DNA of 64,000 bases from Dehalococcoidia bacterium (lineage in GTDB: Bacteria; Chloroflexota; Dehalococcoidia; Plut-88900), in contig CBDBLV010000005.1 in NCBI GenBank assembly GCA_965207225.1, forward strand, positions 32,001 to 96,000, read 5' to 3'. Made by a program: the position numbers and the translations under genes. The notes beneath the pieces were generated by a model that saw nothing but the letters and a program-made list of their open reading frames with translations, searched no databases and was not told where the DNA came from. Every line of letters begins with the position of its first letter. Within the stretch, counting starts at the first letter, position 1. This document shows, in pieces, positions 1-11,254 of the stretch.

Positions 1-1223
1 CAATCGGGAGTACGCTTTCCCAGCGCGGGTAGAAGGAGTCCCGACACGGCAAGGGCAAGGCTGCCGAAGGAGATTACGAACAAGGCGAGCCGGAGGTCCT
101 GCGTGGCGTCGTCGATAATTCCCACAACGAGGGGGCCGAGGAATCCACCCGCCCAAAGGATGGTGAACATGACGGAAACGGCAACGGTCAGCTCCCGGGG
201 TCGGATGCCCGGGAGTTCGTATAGCTGGGTCATCATCAGTGGTATGAAGCAGAAAGAGAGCCCGTTTATGCAGCCAAGTAGGATAAGAGACGGGAGGGAG
301 TCGGTGAACAGGAGCCCTGCAAAGGTGGCCCACATTGCTACACCGCAAACGGTGAGGACCAGAGAGGGTCGGTTCACGAGGGCAGGCACCACGGAAACGG
401 CAATTTTGCCTGGAGTGCTGGCCAGGGAAATCATACTAATGACCAGCCCGCTCAGGAAGATGGTGAGTTGATATTCGTCGCGGGCGTAAATCGGCCAGAA
501 GGAGTTGAATCCGAAACGGGCGGCAATGGCGCCGCTGATACCGAAACCGAGGACCCAGGGTTCTTTGTACTTAAGCAAGGCCCTGATGGGAGAGCCGACC
601 TGGGACTGCATTCCGGCGCGGAACTCGGGTGTATAGCGGTCCTTGCCCAGCACCAGCCAGGTCAAGGTGGCTAAGAGGGTGATGGCGGACCATGCGAAGA
701 GGGTGTGTCTCCAGTTGTCCAGAATGGCAAGAATTACGGGGATGACTAGAAATCCTACCCCTCCCATACTGTCGATGAAACTGAAGATCAGGCCGTTGGC
801 GAGGGGGATGCGCCGCCTCGGGACCCACTGCAGTACGACCAGGGTCCTGGGAACCTTGCAGACTATGTAGGCAACGCCGAGAAGAAGCCGGGTGCTGAGA
901 AGGATGATGAAGGTCGGAGCCCAGCCGTTGAGCGCAGTGAAGAGTGCGGAAGCGATAAAGGCGATACTCGCAACGCGCCAGGGCCTGTACCGGGAGAGCC
1001 ATAGATTGGCGGGAATTTCGAAGGCGAGGTTGCCGAAAATGACTGCGGAGGAGATGAGTCCAAGCTGGGTGGCTGTAAGGCCCATCTCATCACGAATATC
1101 GGGGAGGAGGAGGCCGATGGTGAGGGCCGAGATGTCGATGAGGGAATAGTTCGTTATAAAGGTGCCGACGACGACCCATGCGTAGGTGGGAGAGTCGGTG
1201 GGCCGACGGATGAGGCGCATCAT
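1..1223 (-). CDS. MFS transporter (3' end runs off the window)
   Basis: Manual translation from ATG at 1223 (MMRLIRRPTDSPTYAWVVV...) is a close paralog of 1290..2552; still open at position 1 (...LLLPALGKRTPD). Confidence 0.85.
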   Translation of the reverse strand, partial: MMRLIRRPTDSPTYAWVVVGTFITNYSLIDISALTIGLLLPDIRDEMGLTATQLGLISSAVIFGNLAFEIPANLWLSRYRPWRVASIAFIASALFTALNGWAPTFIILLSTRLLLGVAYIVCKVPRTLVVLQWVPRRRIPLANGLIFSFIDSMGGVGFLVIPVILAILDNWRHTLFAWSAITLLATLTWLVLGKDRYTPEFRAGMQSQVGSPIRALLKYKEPWVLGFGISGAIAARFGFNSFWPIYARDEYQLTIFLSGLVISMISLASTPGKIAVSVVPALVNRPSLVLTVCGVAMWATFAGLLFTDSLPSLILLGCINGLSFCFIPLMMTQLYELPGIRPRELTVAVSVMFTILWAGGFLGPLVVGIIDDATQDLRLALFVISFGSLALAVSGLLLPALGKRTPD

Positions 1224-1289
1224 CGGCAAATTCCGATGTAGTTCATAGAGGGGTGAAGCCGTGATTGGGGGAGCATCGGACCATCAAGG

Positions 1290-2552
1290 TCAGGATATCC
1301 CTTGCTGTTGAGAGGAAGAAGGGTGTTGGCCAATCGGGGCCCGGGTCCTGAATGCCGACAGCAGGAGTGCTGCGACGCTGAGGCTGAAGCTGCAGAAGGA
1401 GATGACCAGCAGGGCGAACTGCAGGTCCTGGGTGGCATCGTCGATGACGCCGACGATAAGGGGGCCGAAGAAGCCGCCAACCCACAGCAGGGTGAACATC
1501 ACCGACACGGTCACCGTGAGCTCCCGGGGCCGGATTTCGGGGAGTTCGTAGATCTGGGTCACCATCAGGGGGAAGTAGCAGAATCCTATCCCGTTCACAA
1601 AGCCGAGGAGCAGGAGCAAGACGGCGGAGTCGGTATACAGCATCCCCACGAAGGAGCCGAAGGTGAGCAGTCCGCTGGCAAATAGCACCATGGACGGGTG
1701 CTTGACCAGCGAGGGGATGATGGAGACGGCCAGCTTGCCCGGGGTGCTGGCGATGGAGACCATGCCTATTACGATGCCGCTGAAGGTCAGGGTGATGTCG
1801 AAGGCGTCCAGGGTGAAGCTGGGCCAGAAGGTCATGAAACCGATGCGGGCGGCTATGGCGCCCCCGGTGCCGAATCCCATTATCCAGGGCTCCCTGTACT
1901 TGAAGAGCGCCCTCAACGGAGTCCCGACCTGGGACTGTATACCGGCCCGGTACTCGGGTGTGTAGCGGTCCTTCCCCACGACCAGCCAGACCACGGCCGC
2001 ACCGAATATCATCGCCCCCCAGGCGTAGAGGGTGAGCCGCCAGTCGTCCAGCAAACCGAGGACGACGGGGATAACCATGAAGCCTATCCCGCTCATGCTG
2101 TCGATGACACTGAATATGATCCCGTTGGCCAGGGGGATGCGGCGTCGGGACACCCACTGCAGCAGCACCAGTGTCCGGGGCACCTTGCAGACCACGTAGG
2201 CAAACCCCAGAAGCAAACGCATGACCAGAAAGATGACGAAGTTGGGCGACCAGCCGTTGAGAAGGGTGAGCAGGGCGGAGGCGATGAAGGCAATGCTGGC
2301 GATGCGCCAGGGCCGGTATCGGGAGAGCCAGGCGTTTGCGGGAATTTCGAATACCAGGTTGCCCACCACCACGGCGGAAGAGAGAAGCCCCTGCTGTGTC
2401 CCGCTCAGCCCCATCTCCCGGGAGACGGAGGGCAGGAGCAGCCCGATGGTCAGGGCGGCTATATCCACCAGGGAGTAGTTGACCATGAAGGTGGTGATGA
2501 CCACCCAGCCGTAGGTCGGGGAGTCGGTGGGGCGTGTGAGCAGGCGCATCAT
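1290..2552 (-). CDS. MFS transporter
   Basis: 420 aa, about 12 hydrophobic segments, MFS-like topology; paralog of both neighbours. Confidence 0.85.
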   Translation of the reverse strand: MMRLLTRPTDSPTYGWVVITTFMVNYSLVDIAALTIGLLLPSVSREMGLSGTQQGLLSSAVVVGNLVFEIPANAWLSRYRPWRIASIAFIASALLTLLNGWSPNFVIFLVMRLLLGFAYVVCKVPRTLVLLQWVSRRRIPLANGIIFSVIDSMSGIGFMVIPVVLGLLDDWRLTLYAWGAMIFGAAVVWLVVGKDRYTPEYRAGIQSQVGTPLRALFKYREPWIMGFGTGGAIAARIGFMTFWPSFTLDAFDITLTFSGIVIGMVSIASTPGKLAVSIIPSLVKHPSMVLFASGLLTFGSFVGMLYTDSAVLLLLLGFVNGIGFCYFPLMVTQIYELPEIRPRELTVTVSVMFTLLWVGGFFGPLIVGVIDDATQDLQFALLVISFCSFSLSVAALLLSAFRTRAPIGQHPSSSQQQGIS

Positions 2553-2561
2553 GGGAGAGTG

Positions 2562-3767
2562 CTAAGGTTCCTTCCGGCCGATCAACGCCAGAACTACCCC
2601 AGCCGTGGTCAGGGTCAGGGGGGAGAAGGCGGCGACCGAGAGGCCCGTGCGCAGGTCTGTGACGTCTCCGATGTAACCGGTGACCATCGGGCCCAGGGCC
2701 GAGCCCGTCCACAGGCAGCTGAAGTATACGGCCACGGCTACTGCCACCTCCCTTTCCCTTATGCCGGGCAGCCTGTAGATCATCGTGAGCATGGCCGGGA
2801 TGAAGCACATGCACATCCCGTTGACGATGCCGAACAGGAAAAGCAGCGGCGCCGACCCGCTGGATACCATCCCGAAGGATGTGACCGACATCAGGATCCC
2901 GCAGACCATCAAAAGGTAAGGCGTCCGGTTGGCGATGGCGGATATGAGGGTGACGCCGAGGATCATCGGGCCCTTGGTCATGCCCGCTATGCCAAGGATC
3001 AGGCCGACGGTAACCAGGGCCGTTCCGTAGGTGTCGTCCAGGTAGGTGGGCCAGAAGGTTGCGTAGGCCGACCGCGCCCCCGTGATGCCCGACACCCCGA
3101 ACCCCAGAATCCAGGGAACCTTGTAGCGCCACAGGACGCGCATGGGTGTGCCGCCCGAGATCTCCGTGGATTGGGGCATCTCCTCTTTGGGCCTGTCCCG
3201 GCCCCAGAGCAACCAGACGAAGGCCCCCGCTGCGCTGACTATCGCCCAGATGTAGAGGGTCCTTCGCCAATCGCCGTCGGCCAGCCAGAGGATGGCCGGG
3301 ATGAGCATGAACCCGAAACCTATCGTGGTCTCCAGGATGCTGAACATGATCCCGTTGGCCCTGCCGACCTGGCGGCTCGGGATCCAGTGGATCAGGAGGA
3401 TGGTGCGGGAAGCCTGCGTGCTCAGGTAGATGAACCCCAGGCCGATGCGGGCGATGAACAGGACGAGCAACGTCGGGGCAAACCCTTTGAGGGCAACAAA
3501 GGCGGCAGCCGCGGCGAAGGACACCACCGAGGAGCGCCAGGGCCGGAATCGAGAGAAGAACCAGTTGGAGGGCACCTCGAAGATGAGGTTGGTGAACATG
3601 ATCGAGGCGCTGAGCCAGCCCTGCTCGGTCAGGGAGAGGTCCAGGTCTTCGGCCATGCCCGGGAGCAGGAACCCGAGGGTCTCGAAGGCAATTACGACCA
3701 TCGAGTAGTTGACGGCAAACATGCCTACCAACGTCCAGCCGTAGTTCTTGCCCCTGGCCGAAAACAT
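2562..3767 (-). CDS. MFS transporter
   Basis: About 400 aa hydrophobic protein (start taken at MFSARGKNYG); shares SRxRPWR and GTPxRxL motifs with neighbours. Confidence 0.85.
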   Translation of the reverse strand: MFSARGKNYGWTLVGMFAVNYSMVVIAFETLGFLLPGMAEDLDLSLTEQGWLSASIMFTNLIFEVPSNWFFSRFRPWRSSVVSFAAAAAFVALKGFAPTLLVLFIARIGLGFIYLSTQASRTILLIHWIPSRQVGRANGIMFSILETTIGFGFMLIPAILWLADGDWRRTLYIWAIVSAAGAFVWLLWGRDRPKEEMPQSTEISGGTPMRVLWRYKVPWILGFGVSGITGARSAYATFWPTYLDDTYGTALVTVGLILGIAGMTKGPMILGVTLISAIANRTPYLLMVCGILMSVTSFGMVSSGSAPLLFLFGIVNGMCMCFIPAMLTMIYRLPGIREREVAVAVAVYFSCLWTGSALGPMVTGYIGDVTDLRTGLSVAAFSPLTLTTAGVVLALIGRKEP

Positions 3768-3782
3768 GGCGCCAAGCTTATC

Positions 3783-3846
3783 ACGGGGACAGCGCCCTAC
3801 CCCCATTCCGCTCTTGAGACCCTTCGACTCAGCTCAGGGCGAGCGA
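3783..3846. repeat. REP-like intergenic repeats (GTAG-type and CCCTTCGACTC..GCTCAGGGCGA type)
   Basis: GACCCTTCGACTC-AGCTCAGGGCGA (~3819-3842) is a near reverse complement of TCGCCCTGAGCGACGAGTCGAAGGGTC at ~33509-33535. Confidence 0.55.
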
Positions 3847-3933
3847 AATGCCCATCCCCCTATCAGGCCGGAGTGGGGGATAAGAGCTGGAGGTACGATG
3901 TAGTAGAATGGCAGCTACTGCCGGAGGATGTGC

Positions 3934-5088
3934 ATGGCCAAGAACGGTTACCGCATAATCGATTCCGATATGCACGTCATGGAGCCCACGGACCTGTGGG
4001 AGCGCTACCTGGACTCCCATTACGTAGACCGCGCTCCGAAGTCCGTGCCCCGACATCGCGGCGACCTGGTGATGATAGTGGAGGGCCAGGAGATGGCCGC
4101 CGAGGCCCAGTGGGAGATAGAGCTGGCGGACGACCCGGAGTGGCTCGCCAACTACGCCGACGCCCTCGCCAACGACTGGGACGGACCATCGCAACGTCGA
4201 GCCATGGACAGCGAGGGCCTGGACATGGCCATCCTCTACCCAAGCCGAGGTCTTTATGCCCTGGCCGTCGATGGCATGGAGCCGGGCCTTTCCTCGGCGA
4301 TTGCAGTCGCTTATAACCGTTGGCTCCACGACTTCTGCGCAACGGACAAGGCGCGGATGCTGGGGGCGGGGATGGTCTCGCCATTCGATATATCCGGTGC
4401 GGTAAAGGAGGCCCGGAGGTCTGTGGAGGAATTTGGGTTCAAGGCCGTGTTCATGCGTCCTAACGTGGTCAATGGGCTCAACTGGTACGACTCAGCTTAC
4501 GAACCTCTGTGGGCCGAAATCGAAGAACTGAACGTGGCTCTAGGATTTCACGAAGGGTCGGATGCCGGGGTGCCGCAGACGGGAGATCGGTTCGTCGGCG
4601 ACAGCTGGCTGATGCACCACACCTGCACTCACCCGATGGAGATGATGCTGGCAATGGTGAGCATGGTGGGAGGAGGCGTCCTGGCCCGGCACCCGGGGCT
4701 GCGGGTCGGGTTCCTGGAGGGGAACTGCTCCTGGGTCCCGTGGATGCTGTGGCGTCTGGACGAGCACTACGAACTGGTCGGGAGGTACGAGTCGCCGGAG
4801 TTGACGCAGGAGCCGACAGAATATTTCAAGCGGCAGTGCTGGGTGTCGGTGGAGGCGGACGAGGAGCCGGCGCTGTCCATTGAGGGGTCGGCGCTGGAGG
4901 GGAACGTGGTATTCTCCACTGACTACCCGCACAAGGACTCGAAGTTTCCCAAGGCCGTGGAGTCCTTTCTGAAATCGGGTTTTTCGGATGATATGAAGCG
5001 CAGGATTCTGTGGGACAACTGTGTGCGGATGTACGAGTTTGGGGGAGGAGATCTTCAAGAAACAACGGAAGGAGCCAAAAGTGGGTGA
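3934..5088 (+). CDS. Amidohydrolase family protein (amidohydro_2)
   Basis: IIDSDMHVMEP N-terminal metal motif and FSTDYPH C-terminal motif. Confidence 0.88.
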   Translation: MAKNGYRIIDSDMHVMEPTDLWERYLDSHYVDRAPKSVPRHRGDLVMIVEGQEMAAEAQWEIELADDPEWLANYADALANDWDGPSQRRAMDSEGLDMAILYPSRGLYALAVDGMEPGLSSAIAVAYNRWLHDFCATDKARMLGAGMVSPFDISGAVKEARRSVEEFGFKAVFMRPNVVNGLNWYDSAYEPLWAEIEELNVALGFHEGSDAGVPQTGDRFVGDSWLMHHTCTHPMEMMLAMVSMVGGGVLARHPGLRVGFLEGNCSWVPWMLWRLDEHYELVGRYESPELTQEPTEYFKRQCWVSVEADEEPALSIEGSALEGNVVFSTDYPHKDSKFPKAVESFLKSGFSDDMKRRILWDNCVRMYEFGGGDLQETTEGAKSG

Positions 5089-5893
5089 GCTTGACGGCAA
5101 GGTTGCGATAGTCACGGGGGCGGGGAGACTGCGGGGTATAGGCAGGGCGGCTGCCGTGGCCCTGGCAGAATTGGGCGCCGACGTTGTTCCCACGGGTACG
5201 GGCCGGGACCCGTCCCGCTACCCCGAAGCCGAGAAGGCGGTCGGGTGGAAGGACATCGAGAGCACGGCGGAGCAGGTGAGGGCCCTCGGGCGGAGGGCCC
5301 TGCCCCTCGTCGTAGACGTGGCGGATGCCGACGACGTAGCGACGATGATCGAGAAGACCGTCAAGGAGCTGGGCCGGCTGGATATCCTGATAAACAACGC
5401 AGCCTTCGCCCGGGGCCCGGACCGCGTCCCCACCATCGAGCTGAACGATGATATCTTCCAGAAGGTGGTGGACATCAAGATCCGGGGAACCTACCTGTGT
5501 ACGAAGGCCGTGGCCAAGGTGCTGATTGCCCAGGGGCAGGGCGGGAAAGTGGTCAACGTGGCGTCGGTGGCAGGGAAGTCGGGGTCGGAGGACACGCTGG
5601 CCTACTGCGCGGCCAACTTCGCCCAGGTGGGGATGACCCAGACGCTGGCCCGTGAGCTGGGCAAGTTCGACATCAACGTGAACTGCGTCTGCCCCGGGTG
5701 GGTGGACACGTCACGGCTGGACCATCTGAAAGTCGGGGACTGGTTCGACAGGATGGCCATGGAGACGCCCATCCGAAGAAACGGCACCGACGAGGAGGTC
5801 GGAGAGTTCGTCGCCTACCTTTGCACGAAGGCAGCTTCGTGGATCCACGGCCAGTCCATCAACATGGACGGCGGCGGGTTTATGACCCACTAG
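5081..5893 (+). CDS. SDR family NAD(P)-dependent oxidoreductase
   Basis: VTGAGRLRGIG, LINNA, VNVAS, VNCVCPG; GTG start after GGAG. The YxxxK motif reads YCAAN. Confidence 0.9.
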   Translation: MGELDGKVAIVTGAGRLRGIGRAAAVALAELGADVVPTGTGRDPSRYPEAEKAVGWKDIESTAEQVRALGRRALPLVVDVADADDVATMIEKTVKELGRLDILINNAAFARGPDRVPTIELNDDIFQKVVDIKIRGTYLCTKAVAKVLIAQGQGGKVVNVASVAGKSGSEDTLAYCAANFAQVGMTQTLARELGKFDINVNCVCPGWVDTSRLDHLKVGDWFDRMAMETPIRRNGTDEEVGEFVAYLCTKAASWIHGQSINMDGGGFMTH

Positions 5894-7907
5894 CGCCGGC
5901 CGGCTCCAGTTCCAGCAGGGAAGCGCCCTTCATAACCTGCATCCCGGCCTCGCAGGACACCCGGGTCACGACTCCGTCGTAAGGGGCGGCGATGTGGTGC
6001 TCCATCTTCATGGCTTCCAGCACCACCAGGGTCTGCCGCGCCGACACCTCGTCGCCCTCCTTGACCCGCACCTGCGCTACCACCCCCGGGAGGTGGGCAG
6101 TAATCTCTGTCTCTGCACCGGGGCCCGCGGCCTGACTCCCCGCCACGCCCGTATAGATCTGATCGGACGCGGCCAGCAGGTAGTCGGCGTTGTTGTAGTG
6201 GACGAGTAGGCCATCGTCGGTGGGAGCGGCCTCCACGGTCCAGGTCTCCTCGTCCACGGTGGCGATAGTACGGCCGTCGGAGGTGAGAGATAGGGTCAGG
6301 TCGAAGTCAGTGTTGGGGGTATGTACGTTCCAGGCAAGGGCGCCGGGCTTGTTGGAGACGTTGGCGGTCACGTTCCCGCCGGAGTGCGTGAAGGCGTACA
6401 GCATGTCCTGTCTGCCCATGCGCCAGGCTCCGGCTCTGCTCCAGATATCGCCGGCCACCTGATGGTTCTGGGTGGACTCGTATCCGGCCAGCCCCGAGGA
6501 GACTAGCCGGTGGGCTATCGCCGAGGCCAGGGCCTGCACGGGCAGCTCGCCCGCAGGGGCCAAGCCGGGTTCTATGCTGCGCCCGACGTATTCGGTGTCA
6601 ATTGCTCCCGACTCGAAGTCCGTGTCCCGGGCGATTACTCGGAGCATCTGGAGGTTGGTCGGAACTCCGGAAACCACGTAGGCGTCCAGCGTGTCGCGGA
6701 GCCGTCGGACAGCCTGTTGGCGGTCCTCGCCGTAGACAGCGATCTTGGCAAGAAGGGAGTCGTAGAAGACCGGCACCTCGAACCCTTCGTAGACGCCTAC
6801 GTCGTGGCGGACCCACGGGAGCGAGGGTGGTGAGAAGCGAACCAACGGGCCCGCGCCGGGCATGTAGCCCGCTCCCGGGTCTTCGGCATAGACCCGGGCT
6901 TCGATGGAGTGACCCCGGGCCTTCACGTCGGACTTCTTAATGGGCAGTTTCTCCCCGGAGGCAGCTAGAAGCTGGAGGCGGACCAGGTCCAGGCCCGTGA
7001 CCCATTCGGTGACCGGGTGCTCGACCTGGAGTCGGGGGTTGACTTCGAGGAAATAGAAGTTGCCGTCGGCGTCCAGCAGGAACTCGACCGTGCCTGCGTT
7101 CGTGTAGTCAACAGCGGCGGCCAGGGCCAGGGCCGAGCTTTCCAGGCCCTTCCGGATCTTCGGCGTGACGGCCACGGACGGTGTCTCCTCGATAACCTTC
7201 TGGAAGCGTCGCTGCACGGAGCACTCCCGCTCCCCGAGGCTCAACAGGTTTCCATGGGTGTCGCCGATGATCTGCACCTCGATATGCCGTGGCCGCACAA
7301 CGTGCTTTTCGAGGATGACGGTGTCGTTGCCGAAGGAGGAGAGGGCCTCGCGTCGGGCGCCGGCCATGGCTTCTTCCAGCTCCCCAGGCTCGGCGACAGT
7401 GCGCATACCGCGACCTCCGCCCCCGAAAGCGGCCTTGATGAGGACTGGATACCCTATCTCCTCGGCCTTCCGGGTGATTTCCTCGGGGCTGAGGCCCTCC
7501 ACGTAGTAGCCGGGCACCACGGGTACGCCGGCCTCCTGGGCTCGCTTTTTTGCCTCCGACTTGTCTCCCAGGAGGCGGAGGATGTTGGGAGAGGGGCCAA
7601 TGAAGACGATTCCGGCGGAGGCGCAGGCCTCGGCGAAGCTGGGGTTTTCAGAGAGGAAACCGTAGCCGGGGTGGACGGCCTGTGCCCCGACGCTCAAGGC
7701 GGCTGAGACCACGGCATCGATGTTGAGATAGCTGTCGGTGGCGGGCCCCGGGCCTACGTGGACTGCCTCGTCGGCGAAGCGGACGTGGAGGGCGTTGCGG
7801 TCAGCGTCGGAGTAGACGGCGACGGTGGAGATGCCCATATCTCGGCAGGTGCGCATCACCCGGACTGCGATCTCGCCCCGGTTGGCTATGAGGACTTTGT
7901 CAAACAT
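5880..7907 (-). CDS. mccA: Acyl-CoA (3-methylcrotonyl-CoA-like) carboxylase alpha subunit, biotin carboxylase plus biotin carrier
   Basis: MFDKVLIANRGEIA, GGGGRGMR, FLEVNPRLQVEH, biotinylation motif EAMKM. Confidence 0.88.
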   Translation of the reverse strand: MFDKVLIANRGEIAVRVMRTCRDMGISTVAVYSDADRNALHVRFADEAVHVGPGPATDSYLNIDAVVSAALSVGAQAVHPGYGFLSENPSFAEACASAGIVFIGPSPNILRLLGDKSEAKKRAQEAGVPVVPGYYVEGLSPEEITRKAEEIGYPVLIKAAFGGGGRGMRTVAEPGELEEAMAGARREALSSFGNDTVILEKHVVRPRHIEVQIIGDTHGNLLSLGERECSVQRRFQKVIEETPSVAVTPKIRKGLESSALALAAAVDYTNAGTVEFLLDADGNFYFLEVNPRLQVEHPVTEWVTGLDLVRLQLLAASGEKLPIKKSDVKARGHSIEARVYAEDPGAGYMPGAGPLVRFSPPSLPWVRHDVGVYEGFEVPVFYDSLLAKIAVYGEDRQQAVRRLRDTLDAYVVSGVPTNLQMLRVIARDTDFESGAIDTEYVGRSIEPGLAPAGELPVQALASAIAHRLVSSGLAGYESTQNHQVAGDIWSRAGAWRMGRQDMLYAFTHSGGNVTANVSNKPGALAWNVHTPNTDFDLTLSLTSDGRTIATVDEETWTVEAAPTDDGLLVHYNNADYLLAASDQIYTGVAGSQAAGPGAETEITAHLPGVVAQVRVKEGDEVSARQTLVVLEAMKMEHHIAAPYDGVVTRVSCEAGMQVMKGASLLELEPAGASGS

Positions 7908-7929
7908 AGAAGTCGCTTTCGAGTTCGGG

Positions 7930-9564
7930 TCACATCCGGAAAACGCCGAAGCGGGTGTCGGGTACCGGGGCGTTGAGGGCGGCGGAGATGCCCAGGGCCA
8001 GCACCATTCGGGTGTCGGCGGGATCAATGATGCCGTCGTCCCAGAGTCGGGCCGTGGAATAGTAGGGGCTTCCCTCCGTCTCGTAGCGTTCCAGGATCGG
8101 GTTCTTGAAGTCGTCCTGCTCCTGCTCGGACATGGACTCGCCCTTGACTTTCAGGTTGTCCATGCGGAGGGTGAGCAGGGTGTTGGCCGCCTCCCGACCA
8201 CCCATGACCGAGATTCGGGCGTTGGGCCACATCCACAGCTGCCGTGAGTTATAGGCCCGGCCGCACATGCCGAAGTTTCCGGCCCCAAACGAGCCGCCGA
8301 AAATCAGGGTGAATTTGGGCACCTGGGCGTTGGACACGGCCATGACCAGCTTCGCTCCGTCCTTGGCCAGGCCCCGGTTTTCGTATTCCTTGCCGACCAT
8401 GAAGCCGGTGATGTTCTGCATGAAGAGCAGGGGCACCTTGCGCTGGCAGCACAGCTCCACGAAGTGGGCGCCCTTCTGGGAGGATTCGGAGAAGAGGATG
8501 CCGTTGTTGGCCACGATGCCGATGGGATAGCCCATTACCCGACCAAATCCGCAGACCAGGGAATCACCGTAGAGGGCTTTGAACTCCTGGAATTCGGAGC
8601 CGTCCACCAGGCGGGCTATGACTTCACGGGTGTCGATGATGGTGCGGAGGTCCTTAGGGAGGAGACCGTAGATCTCTTCTGGGTCGTAGGCGGGGGGGCG
8701 GGGCGGGGTGAGCTCCCAGGGAAAGTCTTTCTTCACGGGAATGCCTGCGACGATTTCGCGGGTGATGGCGATGGCTTCCTCGTCGTTGGCTGCGTAGTGG
8801 TCGGAGACGCCGGAGATGCGGGTATGAACGTCGGCGCCGCCGAGCTCTTCGACGGTTACTTCCTCTCCGGTAGCGGCCTTCACGAGGGCCGGGCCCCCGA
8901 TAAAGATCGATCCCGTACCCTTGACGATGATCGATTCATCAGCGATGGCGGGTACGTAGGCGCCACCGGCGGTGCAGAAGCCCATCACTACTGCGATCTG
9001 GGCAATCCCCTGCGCCGACATTACCGATTCGTTATAGAAGACCCGGCCGAAGTGCTCCTTGTCTGGGAAAACGTCGGCCTGGAGAGGTAGGAACGCGCCT
9101 GCGGAGTCGACCAGGTAGATGCACGGGAGCCGGTTCTGGAGGGCAATCTCCTGGGCACGGAGGTGCTTTTTGACGGTAAGTGGGTAGTAGGCGCCGGCCT
9201 TCACCGTGGCGTCGTTGGCCATGATCATGCACTCGCGGCCGCTGACTACGCCGATGCCCGTGACGATACCTGCGGAATGGGCCTGGCCGTCATACATCTC
9301 CCACGCAGCCAGTGCGCTGAGCTCCAGGAAGGGGCGGTCGTGGTCCAGGAGCTTGTCTATGCGCTCTCGGGCGGTCATCTTGCCCCGGGCCTTGTGCCTG
9401 GCTACCGACGCCTCGGGGCCACCCTGTTTTACGATATCCAGCCGCTCCCTCAGCTGCTCCAGAAGGCCAATCTGGTGGGCCCTGTTCTCCTGGAACTCAG
9501 GGGAATTGGTGTCGACATAGCTGCGAATGACGTTGAATTTACGTTCGTCGCTAACGGTGACCAA
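7930..9564 (-). CDS. mccB: Acyl-CoA (3-methylcrotonyl-CoA-like) carboxylase beta, carboxyltransferase
   Basis: [30 protein letters not shown]; GGAGGA RBS before a TTG start. Confidence 0.9.
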   Translation of the reverse strand: MVTVSDERKFNVIRSYVDTNSPEFQENRAHQIGLLEQLRERLDIVKQGGPEASVARHKARGKMTARERIDKLLDHDRPFLELSALAAWEMYDGQAHSAGIVTGIGVVSGRECMIMANDATVKAGAYYPLTVKKHLRAQEIALQNRLPCIYLVDSAGAFLPLQADVFPDKEHFGRVFYNESVMSAQGIAQIAVVMGFCTAGGAYVPAIADESIIVKGTGSIFIGGPALVKAATGEEVTVEELGGADVHTRISGVSDHYAANDEEAIAITREIVAGIPVKKDFPWELTPPRPPAYDPEEIYGLLPKDLRTIIDTREVIARLVDGSEFQEFKALYGDSLVCGFGRVMGYPIGIVANNGILFSESSQKGAHFVELCCQRKVPLLFMQNITGFMVGKEYENRGLAKDGAKLVMAVSNAQVPKFTLIFGGSFGAGNFGMCGRAYNSRQLWMWPNARISVMGGREAANTLLTLRMDNLKVKGESMSEQEQDDFKNPILERYETEGSPYYSTARLWDDGIIDPADTRMVLALGISAALNAPVPDTRFGVFRM

Positions 9565-9724
9565 TACAGTTCCTCCTTTGCCGACGCGGGACTCCGCTGC
9601 GTCTGCATCGAGTCCTCCAGCGGAAATGGTAAGGACGGGGTTGATAGGGTGTCAAGTTTGGAGGTTGCGTCGAAGCCATGTGCTATCCTTCCCTCACCTT
9701 GTCGGAACCGGGAGGTGGGATTCC

Positions 9725-11251
9725 ATGACTTCATCGATAGTCCACGGCAGGTATGTCATAACCAGGGCCTCGGGAGCCGAGACCAATGTGCTGGAAAACG
9801 GGGCTGTCTATGAACGGGACGGGGTGGTGGAAGATGTGGGGCCGGTCGGGGAGATTAAGCGTCGCCACCCGGATACACAGGTGCTTGGCGGAGACGAATT
9901 CCTGGTTATGCCGGGGCTGGTGAACGCCCACCATCACGGCAAGGGAGTCAGCCCCCTGATGAAGGGCAGCTTGGACGACCACCTGGAGTATTGGATGGCC
10001 GACTCCTGGGGCCGCAAACCCGTCGACATGTACCTGGATACCCTTTATTCCTGCATGAAGATGCTGCGCTCTGGCGTAACCACGGTGATGTTTAACCTGA
10101 GCCCCGGGTCGGCGGCGGACCTCTCCGAAGACTGCAAGAAAGCGCTGACGGCTTTTGCGGATGCGGGAATGAGGGTTAATTTCTCCGTTTACGCGGAGAC
10201 CCAGTACCGGATCGTCGCCGAAGACGAGTCGGTGTTCCTGAGCCGGCTGCCGACAGACCTCGCGGCCCGGGCCAAGGCAGTGCTGGATGACGAATACATC
10301 TCCGACGATGACTACATAGCCCTTTCCGAATCTTTACATGCGTCGGACCACGACGGCGAGTTCGTTAAAGTGATGCTCTCTCCCGCCAACGCTCACTGGT
10401 GCTCGGATGCGCTGCTGGAGAGGATGCGGGCGTCGGTAACTAGGTTGGGCACGGGGTTGCACATCCACCTGGTGGAGAGCGTATACGAGAAGCTAATCGG
10501 CCTGAAGCTGTACGGGAAATCGGCACTGGCCCACCTGGACGACCTGGGCTTCCTCGGGCCCGACGTGTCCCTGGCCCATGCAGTGTGGCTGACGGCAGCG
10601 GACATGGACCTGGTCAAGGAACGGGGCGTCCACGTCTGCACGAACCCGAGCTCCAACCTGAGGCTGCGGACGGGCATCGCTCCCGTAGCGGAGATGGCGG
10701 CCCGGGGGCTGAACCTAGCCTTGGGCACGGACAGCACCTCCATAAACGAGGACGAGGACTTTCTCCAGGAGATGAGGCTGGCTCACCGGCTGCACAGGAA
10801 CCCGGGGGTCAATTCCGCAACACTGACAGCGGACAAGATCGCGAGCATGGCCACGCTGGGCGGGGCCCGGGCCACGATGTTCGAAGATGTCGGTGCCCTT
10901 GAGCCTGGCAAGAAGGCCGACCTGATCACAATTAAGCTGGACTCCGTCACCGAACCCTACCTGGACCCCGAAGCCCCGATAGTTGACGCCCTGATATACA
11001 AGGCAAGGGCCACGGACGTGGACACGGTAATGATCGGGGGCCGGGTGATGGTGGAGGGGGGTCGGGTGGTGAGTGTGGACGAGGAGAGAATGTTGGAGAA
11101 TCTGAAGGCGGAGCTTGCGCAGCCGCTATCGGAGGACGACAAGTCGCGGCGTCGGACGGCAGAGGAGCTGAAGCCCTACATCCAACGCTTCTACGAGGCA
11201 TGGGACCCGGGCCAAGACAGGCCGTTCTACGTATACAACAACGCGGAGTAA
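9725..11251 (+). CDS. Metal-dependent amidohydrolase/deaminase (Atz/Trz/SsnA-like)
   Basis: PGLVNAHHH, HIHLVES, LAHAVW, LGTDS, GKKADLI. Confidence 0.85.
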   Translation: MTSSIVHGRYVITRASGAETNVLENGAVYERDGVVEDVGPVGEIKRRHPDTQVLGGDEFLVMPGLVNAHHHGKGVSPLMKGSLDDHLEYWMADSWGRKPVDMYLDTLYSCMKMLRSGVTTVMFNLSPGSAADLSEDCKKALTAFADAGMRVNFSVYAETQYRIVAEDESVFLSRLPTDLAARAKAVLDDEYISDDDYIALSESLHASDHDGEFVKVMLSPANAHWCSDALLERMRASVTRLGTGLHIHLVESVYEKLIGLKLYGKSALAHLDDLGFLGPDVSLAHAVWLTAADMDLVKERGVHVCTNPSSNLRLRTGIAPVAEMAARGLNLALGTDSTSINEDEDFLQEMRLAHRLHRNPGVNSATLTADKIASMATLGGARATMFEDVGALEPGKKADLITIKLDSVTEPYLDPEAPIVDALIYKARATDVDTVMIGGRVMVEGGRVVSVDEERMLENLKAELAQPLSEDDKSRRRTAEELKPYIQRFYEAWDPGQDRPFYVYNNAE

Positions 11252-11254
11252 CCC

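Noticed and set aside
1243-4316. Long ORFs 1243..3270 (-, 675 aa) and 1698..4316 (+, 872 aa)
   Set aside because: Alternative-frame or antisense shadows of the MFS genes; no motifs; typical of high-GC DNA. The same applies to 22526..23884, 25339..26832 and 60750..62222.
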